A stretch of 64,000 nucleotides of DNA from Mobula hypostoma (taxonomy: Eukaryota), in NCBI RefSeq assembly GCF_963921235.1, contig NC_086097.1, forward strand, positions 168,332,001-168,396,000, given 5' to 3'. How positions within the stretch are numbered: position 1 is the stretch's first letter; each line of letters begins with the position of its first letter. This document shows positions 53,791 to 64,000 of the stretch, piece after piece. The translations under genes were made by a program, and so were the position numbers. Under the pieces are notes generated by a model. That model worked only from the letters and a program-made list of their open reading frames with translations, was not told where the DNA came from and did not search any database.

Positions 53791-54089
53791 GCCACTGGGA
53801 GATGTGCTCGGCGAAGCGACCTCCCAATCTACGTCGGATCTGACCAATATGCAGGAGGTCACACCAGGAGCACCGGACACAGTATATGACCCCAACAGAC
53901 TCACAGGTGAAGTGTCGCCTCACCAAAAGAACTGTTAATGGCCCTGAATGGTAGTGAGGAGGAGGTGTTGGGCAGGTGTAGCACTTGTTCCGTTTGCAAG
54001 GATAAGTGCCAGGAGGGAGATTAGTGGGGGGAGGGGAACAAATGGACAAGGGAGTCACGAAGGGAGCGTCCCTGTGGAAAGCAGAAAGG

Positions 54090-54163
<74 letters not shown>

Positions 54164-56109
54164 CGGGGGGGGCGCGGGGAGATGTACTTCGTGGTGGGAT
54201 CCTGTTGGAGATGGTGGAAGCTGAGGAGAATTATGTGCTGGACACAGAGGCTGGTGTGGTAGGTGAGGACAAGAGGAACCCTATCCCTGGTAGGGTGGTG
54301 AGAGGATGGGGTAAGAGCAGACGTGTGTGAAATGGAAGAGGTGTGGTTGAGGGCAGCGTTGATGGTGGAGGAAGAGGAAACCCCTCTCTTTGAAAAAGTA
54401 GGACATCTTCGATATGGAATGAAAAGCCTCATCCTGACAGCAAATACGGCGGAGACTGAGGAATTCAGGGAAGGGGATGGCATTTTTACAAGTGACAGGA
54501 TGGGAGGAGGTATAGTCCAGGTCCAAACAGTCCTTTCAGGTGAGGCGACACTTAACCTGTGAGTCTGTTGGGGCCATATACTGTGTTTGGTGCTCCCAGT
54601 GTGGCCTCCTGTATATCAGTGAGACCCGTCATAGATGGGAGACTGCTTTGCCAAGCACCTACACTCTGTCTGCCAGAAAAAGTGATATCTCCCAGTGACC
54701 ACCAATTTTAATTCCACTTTCCATGTCTAATCATGGCCGTCTCCACTGTCGTGATGAGGCTACACTTAGGGTGGAATAATAACACCTTATATTCCGTCTG
54801 GGTAGCCTCCAACCTGATGGCATGAACATTGATTTCTGGAACTTCTGGTAGTGACCCTTCACCTTTCCCCATCTCCGTTTCCCTCTCTCACCTTATTTCC
54901 TTGCACTCCAATTCCCTCCCTCTGGTGCTTCCCCCCCCCCACTTTCTCCCATGGCCTTCTGTCCTCTTCTATCATACTCTCCCTTCTCCAGCCTTGTATC
55001 TCTTTCACCAATTTCCAAGCTTTTTACTTATCGCTCCCCCTTCAGGTTTCATATATCACCCTTTGTTTCCCTTGTCTACCGCTCCCCCCACTTTTTAAAT
55101 CTACTCCTCAGCCTTTTCTCCAATCCTGCCGAAGGGACTCGATCCGAAACGCCAATTGTACTCTTTTCCATAGATGCTGCCTGGCCTGCTGTGTTCCTCC
55201 AGCAGTTTGTGTGTGTTGCTTGTATTTCCAGCATCTGCAGATTTTCTCATTTTTCAACTGAAAACAAGCCCACTTCTTCAATAAAGTTTGCACGTACAGT
55301 GTAAGCGGGGCAAAATACTCTCAGCAAGTTACTAACAGGTACTTTGAAATTAACCAATAGATCTTTGGACTGTAGAAGGAGACTGGAGCACCCGAAGAAA
55401 CCCATGCATTCAATGGAGAGGACAAACAGACTCCTTACGGATGACGTTGGAATTGAACTCCAATGCCCTGAGCCGTAATCGCGTCTCGCTAACCACTGCG
55501 CTAATGTGACATGAATCTTGTGTTGGTCTGTTTTAGCTCTCGTTTCCATTTAGATTAATATTTCAAATAAATGTTTCATCAAAACTACAGAAGTATGTGA
55601 AACAGCTTTAAAAATAATGATTGACTTTCATATGAAATAACCATAAATGCTTTCATTAAGATGGAAATTTCAAAAATGATAGATAATGGTCAAATACTGA
55701 TTTTTAGCATTGTGTTCTATGGAAGTCAAATTACTAACATATCATTACCTGAGTTTCTCAGGAGTTTTTTTTTAATCCAGGTGTTAATCCTTGCATATAT
55801 AAAAAAGTAGTCTTGACATCCTTGTACCTGTGTTTCCTTGTATCACTACTTTGTTAAATGGTGCTAGGATTCAATTTTACCTGAGCCACCAAGTAACTTA
55901 TTAGACTCAGAATGAAGGTTTAGCTAACATAGTGATGAACTATGAGGCAAAAAGGTCAATTTGAAAGTGAAAAACAAAAACGTAGATGCAGATAGGCACA
56001 ATATTAAAATACAGAAAGTGAGGAGAAAGAATAAAGATAAAGCATCCCAAAAATTGGATAGAGGATAGGAATTTCACTGCAGGGCAGGAGACAATGTTAA
56101 TGAAATGAT

Positions 56110-57055
56110 CTTTGAAGAAATAACAGGCAGAACAGAGACTCTGTGGATGTTGTTTATTTGGATTTTTAGAAGGCCTTTGACAAGGTGTCTCATATGAGAC
56201 TGCTTAAAAAGATAAGAGCCCATGGTATTAAAGTAAAGATGTGTGTGTGTGCCCTTAAGTCCTGGTGGAGTTGTCGGGGCACCATCATGACAAGCTTTCT
56301 GGTATGCTCATCGTACGGTGTGTCTTGGGCATCTGAAACCTGGTGGAGCCCATCCCTCTTCAGGTTTTTTTTTACGAGGTCGAGTTATTAGCTTGACACT
56401 CAACCCAGGCACAGATGGAGAACTAGGGACCTCTCGCCCCGAAGTCCAGTGCTAATGCCACTATGCCACCAGCTAGCCAGGTAAAGATATTAGCATGGAA
56501 AGAGATTGACCAAATGGCAGGAGGCCAATGGTAGGAATAAAGGGGTCTTTACTGAGTGGCTGCTAGTGATTAGTGGTGTGCCATCGGGGTCAGTGTAGGG
56601 ACTGCTTCTTCTCACGTTATGTCAATGATATCGAAGAAGCAATTGATGGATTTGTGACCAAGTTTGCAGACGAAAGAAAGATAGGTGGAAGGGCAGGTGG
56701 TGTTGAAGAAGCAGGGTGTCTGCAGAAAGACTGAGACAAATTGGAAGAATGGACAAAGAAGTGGCAGATGGAATAATGCTGAGGGAAGTGCATGGTGATG
56801 CACTTTGGTAGAAGGAATAAAAGTGTGGACTATTCAAAATGGGGAGAAAATTCAAAACTATGAGATGCAAAGGGACTTGGGAGTCCTTGTGCAGGATTCC
56901 CTAAAGGTTAACTTGCAGATTGAGTCAGCGGTAAGGAAGACTAATGCAATGTTAACATTCATTTCGAGAGGACTAGAATACAAAAGCAAGGATATGATGC
57001 TGAGGCTTCATAAGCCAATAGTCAGACCGCACTTGGTGTATTGTGAGAAATAGGG
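56110..57055 (+). mobile_element. CR1 RT fragment
   Basis: LDF*KAFDKV; QRDLGVLVQDSLKV; VRPHL. Confidence 0.8.
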
Positions 57056-58919
57056 CACCTTACCTCCTTCTCTCTCCACCTTGTTATTGGGGCTTCTGCC
57101 CCCACCCTTTTCAGTCCTGGTAAAAGGTTCTCAACCGAAAACGTTAAGTTTACGTCCCTCCATAGATGCTACCTGACCTGCTAACCTCCTGCAGCATTCT
57201 ATGCGTGTTGCATATATCTCTGACAAAAAGGACTTGCATTTATACAAAAAATAGTCTCATAGGATGCTTTCTGTCTATTTGGTGGGGTGGATTGGAGCTT
57301 CTTTTTATACCTCATTTCATTCTGTACTTTGCTGCCACCCTCATTTATTCTACTTCCATCCCTGGAGTGGGACTTGAATCCACAACCTTCTGACCCTGAT
57401 GTGAGAGTTCTGCGAAAATAGCTATGGTTGACACTGATCAAGCCTATCCAGTACCAGGCCAACGTTACAGCAAGATCCAAAAAAGTACAATGAAAAGTCA
57501 CCTCACTAGTCCACTGCTCATGTGCTCTCTTAATGAATCAATTCATATCATTGCAGCTATTAGACCACCCTGCGATCGTGCAATCCCTAAAAGCGAACAA
57601 AATAAAACCTGAGATCAATTTAGTAAATAAAGACAGAATGTGCTATAAATACTCAACAACTTAGACAGCATCTATGGAGAGAAAATTGGAATTAGCATCT
57701 CAGGCCTCATGTTGGAAGTGGAAAAAGTTAGATATAGAGATATAGAGAAGAGTGGGAGGGGAGGCACAAGTAAAGCTCTGATATGTGTTGGAATGCAGGA
57801 GAGATTGAACAATCAAAATTATGGTATAAAGCCAAAAGGATGATAGTAGAATAAAAATATTGATCCACCAAAGGTCTTATTTGAATTATTAGAATTACTG
57901 TATGAAATTTTTAAATTTAGAGGATTGGATTGTGCTTGGGATTGAATAGTCCACAAGCCCAGGGGGGTCATATCATTGGGAGAATTAACTAAAATAAATG
58001 TGTCAACTATGTTAAGTAACTTCATTGAATTCATAATGCTGGAAGCACTACACCATCTAACTTGTGATTCCTTCCACTTGCAGAAATAAATCTATCTCCT
58101 ACTCCAACACGTACAGTGAATTCGTACCTGTCGGCAACTTATTCCAGATGTTCGTGACTTTCAAGGAAAAGTAATTCCATTTATGATATCTAATTTCATT
58201 GTCTATTGAGGTCTTCTTTTTCTTATCGGTTCCTTTGGGTTTCTTTGTTTTGTGGCTGTCTGCTAGATGAATCTCAAGGCTGTATAATGTATATATACTT
58301 TGATAACAAACGTACTTTGAACTTTGGTAACATGATGATATAAAATAAGAACTCTATAAATTATAGTCATAACCACTGCCAAAGTGGTTGTCCTCCCAAA
58401 GTGCAACACCTCACACTTATTTGAATTAAATTACATCTGCCATTTTTCAGCCCATTTTTCCAGCTGGTCCAGATCCAGCTGCAAGTTTTGATTGCCTATC
58501 TCGCTGTCCATTACACCCCCAATTTTGATGTCATCTGCAAATTTGCTGATCTAGGGTTTACCACATTATTATCAATGTTACAATGGAACAACATTAGCTA
58601 TTGTCTAGTTCTGTTGCACCTCCCCCATGGCTGAGGACGTTTTAAGTACCTTTGCCCGAACTCTTGAAATTTCTGCACTAGCCTGCCAGAAAGTCCCGGG
58701 GAACACTTTATCAGGCACTGGGGACTTATCCATTCTAATTTTCCTCAAGACAGCAAGAGGAAATCTGTAATCTGAATATGGTCCATGACCTCACTACTGG
58801 GGTCCGAGTCCATAGGACACTCAAAGCTGCTGCGGAGGTTGACTCTGTGGTTAAGAAGGGATACAGTGCATTGGCCTTCATCAACCGTGGGATTGAGTTT
58901 AAGCCAAGAGGAAATATTA

Positions 58920-61384
58920 GATTAGATTACGAGGATACCCAGTCCTCGTTTATTGTCATTTAGAAATGCATGCATTAAAAAACGATACAATTTTCCTCCA
59001 AAATGATATCACAAAAAAAGGACAAACCAAGACTAAAACTGATGAAATCACATAATTATAACATATAGTTACAACAATACAAAGCAATACCATAATTTGA
59101 AAAAGAGCTTGATAAAGAGCAGACCATGGGCATGGTAAAAAAAAGTCTCAAAGTCCCGATCGACTCATCATCTTTTTTTTTTTAAATCTTTTTATTGAGT
59201 AAGTATACAAAAAAGGTAAACCATATAAACATTAATACAATGTTAAAGTATAATAAAATTCCAAAAGATAACAATACCAAAAAGAAAATACTACAATGTA
59301 ATTTAAGCATAAGAAACCAAGATAACATAATAGTTTACTAAATTTTATATATATCAATGGAAAAAAAGAAAAAAAAACCCCAAAAAAAACCCACCGTGCA
59401 ACTAACTAAAAGCAAGGCAAAGCAATGGGCTAACTTGAAACCAAACAGAGTTAAACTTAAAATCACGTCCTCAATCCCGACCTCCATTAAAACAGTGAAA
59501 AAAAAACAAGAAGGGTAAATATTACATTAAATGAAAATATCGAATAAAAGGTCCCCAAATCTGTTCAAATTTAAATGAAGAATCATAAAGGTTACTTCTA
59601 ATTTTCTCCAGATTCAAACATAAAATCGTCTGAGAAAACCAAAAAAAGGTAGTTGGGGCATTAAGCTCTTTCCAATGTTGTAAAATACATCTTTTCGCCA
59701 TTAAAGTAAGAAATGCAATCATTCTACGGGCTGAAGGGGAAAGATTACTAGAAATTTTAGGTAGTCCAAAGATAGCAGTAATAGAAGCAAAACATTTATA
59801 AAATTCAACGGTAAATCCATCAGGGCCAGGAGCTTTCCCCAGATTCATAGAAAAAATAACATTCTTAATCTCATCCATTGTAATGGAAGTATCTAATAAA
59901 GAAGACATATCCCGTGAAATCTGAGGGAAGTCTAACTTATCTAAAAAATCATTCATATATTTAGAATCTCGAGGAGACTCTGATTGATATAAAGAAGAAT
60001 AAAAATCACAAAAGGTTTGATTAATCCCCACATGATCCAATATCAATCGATCATTTTGGTTATAAATCTGATTGATTTGAGATTTAACATAATTAGATTT
60101 CAATTGATTAGCCAGCAGCTTGCCAATTTTATCACTGTGAACATAAAAATCACTTCTTGTTTTCTTTAATTGGTTTACAATCGAGGACGAGAGTAGTAAA
60201 CTGTGTTCCATTTGAAGTTCAGTTCTTTGTTTGTATAGCTCCTCAGAAGGAGCCATAACATATTTCTTATCAATTTCTTTAATCTTGTCCACAATTGCCA
60301 TCTCCTCCTGCTTCTGTTTCTTCCTCAAAGCAACGGAATACGAAATAATCTGACCCCGAATATAGGCTTTAAAAGTGTCCCAAAGAGTGTTAACCGAAAT
60401 ATCTTCTGTATAGTTAATTGTAAAAAAAAGCTCAATCTGTTCATTCATAAAATTAACAAAGTCTGAGTCCTGAAGCAACAACGAATTAAAACGCCATTGT
60501 CTATTGTTTGGTATATTGGCCATAATTTTAATAGAAAGCTTAAGTGGAGCATGATCCGAAATGGTTATAGAATCATAATCACATTTAATCACTGAAGGAA
60601 TGAGACGAGAATCAATGAAAAAATAATCAATTCTTGAATAGGAATGATGAACATGTGAAAAGAAGGAAAAATCTTTTTCCTGAGGATGCAGAAAACGCCA
60701 AATGTCTGTCGACCCAGAATCAGAAAGGAAAAAATTAATCAAATTTGCAGATTTATTAGGTAAAGTCCGTAAAGGAGCCGAACGGTCCAAAGCTGGAGAT
60801 AAACAGGTATTAAGATCTCCGCCCCAAATCAATGAAAACTCGTTCAAATTCGGAAACTGATCAAACAATGATTTATAAAATTCCGGACAATCCATATTAG
60901 GAGCATAAACATTAACCAAAACTACTTTTTTATTAAATAGTAAACCACTAACCAATAAAAATCTACCATTCGGATCAGAGATAATATCCTGGACTCATCA
61001 TCTAACGCAGGCAGCAGAAGGGAGAAACTCTCCCTGCCATGAACCTCCAAGCACCAACAACTTGCCAATGCATCGGAAGCACCTGACCGCAGCCGACTCT
61101 GAGTCTGTCTGAAAACTTCGAGCCCCTGACCAGCCCCTCCGATACAGCCTCTCCGAGCACCATCCTCTGCCGAGCGCTTCGAACCCGCCCCGGCTGCCGA
61201 GCAACAAGCAAAGCCGAGGACTCGGGGCCTTCTCCTCCAGAGATTCCGGACCACACAGTAGCAGCAGCAGCGAAGCAGGCATTTCAGAAGTTTCTCCAGA
61301 TGTTCCTCCGTGCTCTCACGTCCGTCTCCATCAAATCAGGATTGTGCATGGCACCCTACTTGACAAACAACAGACATTATATTA
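58920..61384 (-). mobile_element. SINE-like non-autonomous retroposon with (TCTAA)n tail, split by the L1
   Basis: TSD AATATTA within a CR1; same family as the copy at 16251-16874. Confidence 0.65.
59174..60991 (-). mobile_element. 5'-truncated L1 with internal in-frame deletion of RT; open 477-codon ORF 59522-60955
   Basis: TSD GACTCATCATCT; poly(T) and TTTATT at the left end; EN NVYAPN, GGDLN, SRIDYF, SDH; KAPGPDGFTVEFYK joined directly to the ORF2 C-terminal AIFGLP...AKRCILQHWK. Confidence 0.9.
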
Positions 61385-61869
61385 ATATTACAGTTATATA
61401 GGACCCTGGTCAGACCCCACTTGGAGTACTGTGCTCAATTCTGGTCACCTCACTACAGGAGGGATGTGGAAGCTATAGAAAGGGTGCAGAGGAGATTTAC
61501 AAGGATGTTGCCTGGATTGGGGAGCATACCTTATGAGAATAGGTTGAGTGAACTTGACCTTTTCTCCTTGGAGCGACAGAGGATGAGATATGACCTGATA
61601 GAAGTGTACAAGATCATGAGAGGCATTGATTGTGTTGATAGTCAGAGGCTTTTTCCCAGGGCTGAAATGGCTAGCACGAGCGGGCACAGTTTTAAGGTGC
61701 TTGGAGGTAGGTACAGAGGAGATGTCAGGGGTAAGTTTTTTACACAGAGAGTGGTGAATGCGTGGAATGGGCTGCTGGTGGCGGCGGTGGAGGCGGAAAT
61801 GATAGGGTCTTTTAAGAGACTCTTGGATAGGTACATGGAGCTTAGAAAAATAGAAGGCCAAGGGTAAAC
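61385..61869 (+). mobile_element. CR1 3' region (upstream part 58798-58919; tail resumes at 63632-63725)
   Basis: EYCAQFWSPHYRRDVEAIERVQRRFTRM; FFTQRVVNAWN. Confidence 0.88.
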
Positions 61870-62285
61870 TGTCATGGTCTGGATCGGGGTCCCTTTAAAT
61901 TTCCTTGTTTATGTTATGATCCGGACTGTTGATTCCCTGTTTTCCCGTGTCCCTCGACTTTGGTGATTAGAGGCAATTAACGCTCGGCTGAACCGATAGT
62001 TTATAGTCTCCAGCTTTCAGCCGTTCAGCGTGGGAGCGTCTGCAAAGCCATCTAAGGTACGGTGTGCCGATGTCATCTGGCCGGAGCAAGTCTAGTCTCT
62101 GCCGAAGCGAGTGCCGGTAATTCGCCTTTTCCTCACCGGAGCAACCCTGTCCAGTTACCTCACCAAAGTGAGCCTGCAAAGTTTCCTCACCGAGGTGGGT
62201 CCGTCAGTTAACCCGCCGGAGGGAATCAAGAACCGCTGTTTACCGTTTCTGGGCCGAGTCGAGAGCTCGCCACTACCCAGAGGCT

Positions 62286-62695
62286 CCAAGTCAAGTCCTG
62301 GCTCTGGGGGCATTCAAGTACCAAGTCAAGTACTGGCTCCGGGGGCATTCAAGCACCAAGTCAAGTCCTGGCTCCGGCGGTATTCAAGCACCAAGTCAAG
62401 TCCTGGCCCTGGTGGCATTCAAGCACCAAGTCAAGTCCTCGCCCTGGCGGCATTCAAGCACCAAGTCAAGTCCTTTCCCTGGCGGCATTCTAGCACCAAG
62501 TCAAGTCCTGTCCCTAGTGGCATTCAAGCACCAAGTCAAGCCCTGGCCCTGGCGGCATTCAAGCACCCAGTCAAGTCCTGGTCCTGGCGGCATTCTAGCA
62601 CCAAGTCAAGTCCTGTCCCTAGTGGCATTCAAGCACCAAGTCAAGTCCCGGTCCTGGCGGCATTCAAGCACCAAGTCAAGCCCTGGCCCTGGCGG
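62286..62695 (+). repeat. 35-bp tandem repeat, ~11-12 copies
   Basis: Unit CCAAGTCAAGTCCTGGCCCTGGCGGCATTCAAGCA. Confidence 0.92.
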
Positions 62696-62837
62696 TCTGT
62701 GATTCCTGTCCTACCCCTTGTCTGAATCCCTCCTCTACCCCTCTCGCCTCTAGCCCTCATCTGCAGCCCCCGCCTGCACTTCGGTCTAGTTCCATCGCTG
62801 AAGCTGGATAGGTACTGTCTGGTGTTCATTCGTGTTG

Positions 62838-63130
62838 GTCTTGTCTTGTCTTGTCCTCGCCTCCGTGGGGTAAGTCAGGCCATCTTGCCATTGCTCCGCA
62901 GGGGGTCATGTTCTGTCTTGTCTGGTCCTTTCCTCCGTGGGGTAAGTCAGGCCGTCTTGCCGTTGCCCCGCGGGGAGTCATGTCTTGTCTTGCCTTGTCC
63001 TCGCCTCCATGGGGTAGGTCAGGCCGTCTTGCCATTGCCCCGCGGGGGGGGGGTCATGTTTTGTCTTGTCTTGTCCTTGCCTCCGTGGGGTAAGTCAGGC
63101 CATCTTGCCGTTGCCCCGCTGAGGGTCATG
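62838..63130 (+). repeat. ~70-bp tandem repeat, 4 copies
   Basis: Unit core GTCTTGTCCTCGCCTCCGTGGGGTAAGTCAGGCCATCTTGCC. Confidence 0.88.
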
Positions 63131-64000
63131 AGTCCCAGCCCTATGTCCTGTACCCAAGGAGGGGTCCCGGCTCTCTGTTCTATGTGTGAGTCCCGGCCCT
63201 ATGTCCTGTACCCAAGGAGGGGTCCCGACTCTGTGTTCTGTGTATGTGTCCATGGTTCCATGTACCTGCTCTCCGGAGACCGAGGCTCTGTGTTCCTATG
63301 TTCCTCCTCTCCCTAGCCCATGTCATGTCCATGCCTGGTTCTGGGGTCCAAGCCCGAGGCAAGACCCAGGTACTGGGTTTTGCCCAGTCTCTGGCTCGGA
63401 GTCCATACCCTAGCCTCTTCATGTCTCCTCTAGTTCTGGGAGCCGATTCCAAGCCCAAGCCCAGACCCTTAGTCCCAGCCTAGTTGTAGTCCTGAATCCT
63501 TGTCCAGTTCGCTATTCCTGCTCCTGCCTTGCTCTCCTGGTATCGAACAATAAATTAAATCTAAGTAACCTCACAAGATGTGTCTTGCATTTGGGTCCAC
63601 CCTTGCTCCCAATACCCCCATCATTGTGACATAAACCTATGTAGTTCTAAGGTAAGAACATGTTCAACACAGCTTTGTGAGCTGAAGGGCCTGTATTGTG
63701 CTGTAGGTTTTATATGTTTCTATGTTACAGTTTTGTCTCAGTTCTCTGCTCCGTGCATACAGTAGATGACCATGCTGATCTTCAATTGGAATATTCCTTA
63801 TAATTCCTTATTATCCCTTTGCTCTTAAAATATCCGTAGAAACCCTTAAGATTCTCCTACACCTTGTCTGCCAGAACAATTTCATGCCTTCTTTTATTCC
63901 TCCTGATTTCCCCCTTATGTACCCACACACAGCTCTTACACTCTTCAAGCACCTCAGTTGTTCTCTGCTGCCTGTACTTACTGTGCACCTTTGTTTCTTT

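Larger units (their letters stand above)
50986..55253. mobile_element. Penelope-like element with inverted 3' duplication; host of the Gypsy insertion
   Basis: TSD TCAACTGAAA (50976-50985 and 55254-55263); minus-strand RT C-terminus/GIY-YIG (SSHPVTCKNAIPF; GVIYCVRCS) to ~54520, then a plus-strand copy of the 3' end; (TG)n at 54091-54161. Confidence 0.8.
61870..63631 (+). mobile_element. Long solo LTR (Gypsy-like) with internal minisatellites, inserted in a CR1 tail
   Basis: TGTCA...TGACA termini; 5-bp TSD TAAAC; AATAAA at ~63548. Confidence 0.75.

Noticed and set aside
53948..54483. Poly-CV and poly-HT ORFs
   Set aside because: (TG)n microsatellite within a Penelope element
62286..62695. 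35-bp repeats that superficially resemble a CRISPR array
   Set aside because: Head-to-tail units with no unique spacers, no cas genes, eukaryotic context, inside an LTR-like element
62111..63483. Several 70-200 aa ORFs
   Set aside because: By-products of GC-rich tandem repeats; open in several frames on both strands

Overview
Repeat-dense vertebrate genomic DNA; the CR1/Rex1/RTE/Penelope/Tc1 mix and the gene sequence suggest a cartilaginous fish, probably a ray (inference). The only host gene is AFG3L2 (mitochondrial m-AAA protease) on the minus strand: CpG-rich promoter at ~50.4-50.65 kb and coding exons 1-7, all GT-AG and splicing into one open frame, continuing off the left edge. Nearly every other ORF in the track is transposon debris. 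Three less obvious structures stand out. (1) A Gypsy LTR retrotransposon (51460-53790) about 1 kb upstream of the ATG has lost RT/RNaseH/IN core and carries in its place a ~400-nt segment resembling the C-terminus of the host adaptor SH3KBP1/CIN85. (2) A decayed epsilon/gamma-like endogenous retrovirus (LTR, pol, env, LTR; 28695-44924) is hidden in intron 1 and broken by at least eight nested insertions. (3) An L1 copy has lost its RT domain by an in-frame deletion, leaving an open 477-codon ORF. Penelope termini carry minimal hammerhead-ribozyme motifs. All family and protein assignments come from motif recognition by eye; no searches were run.
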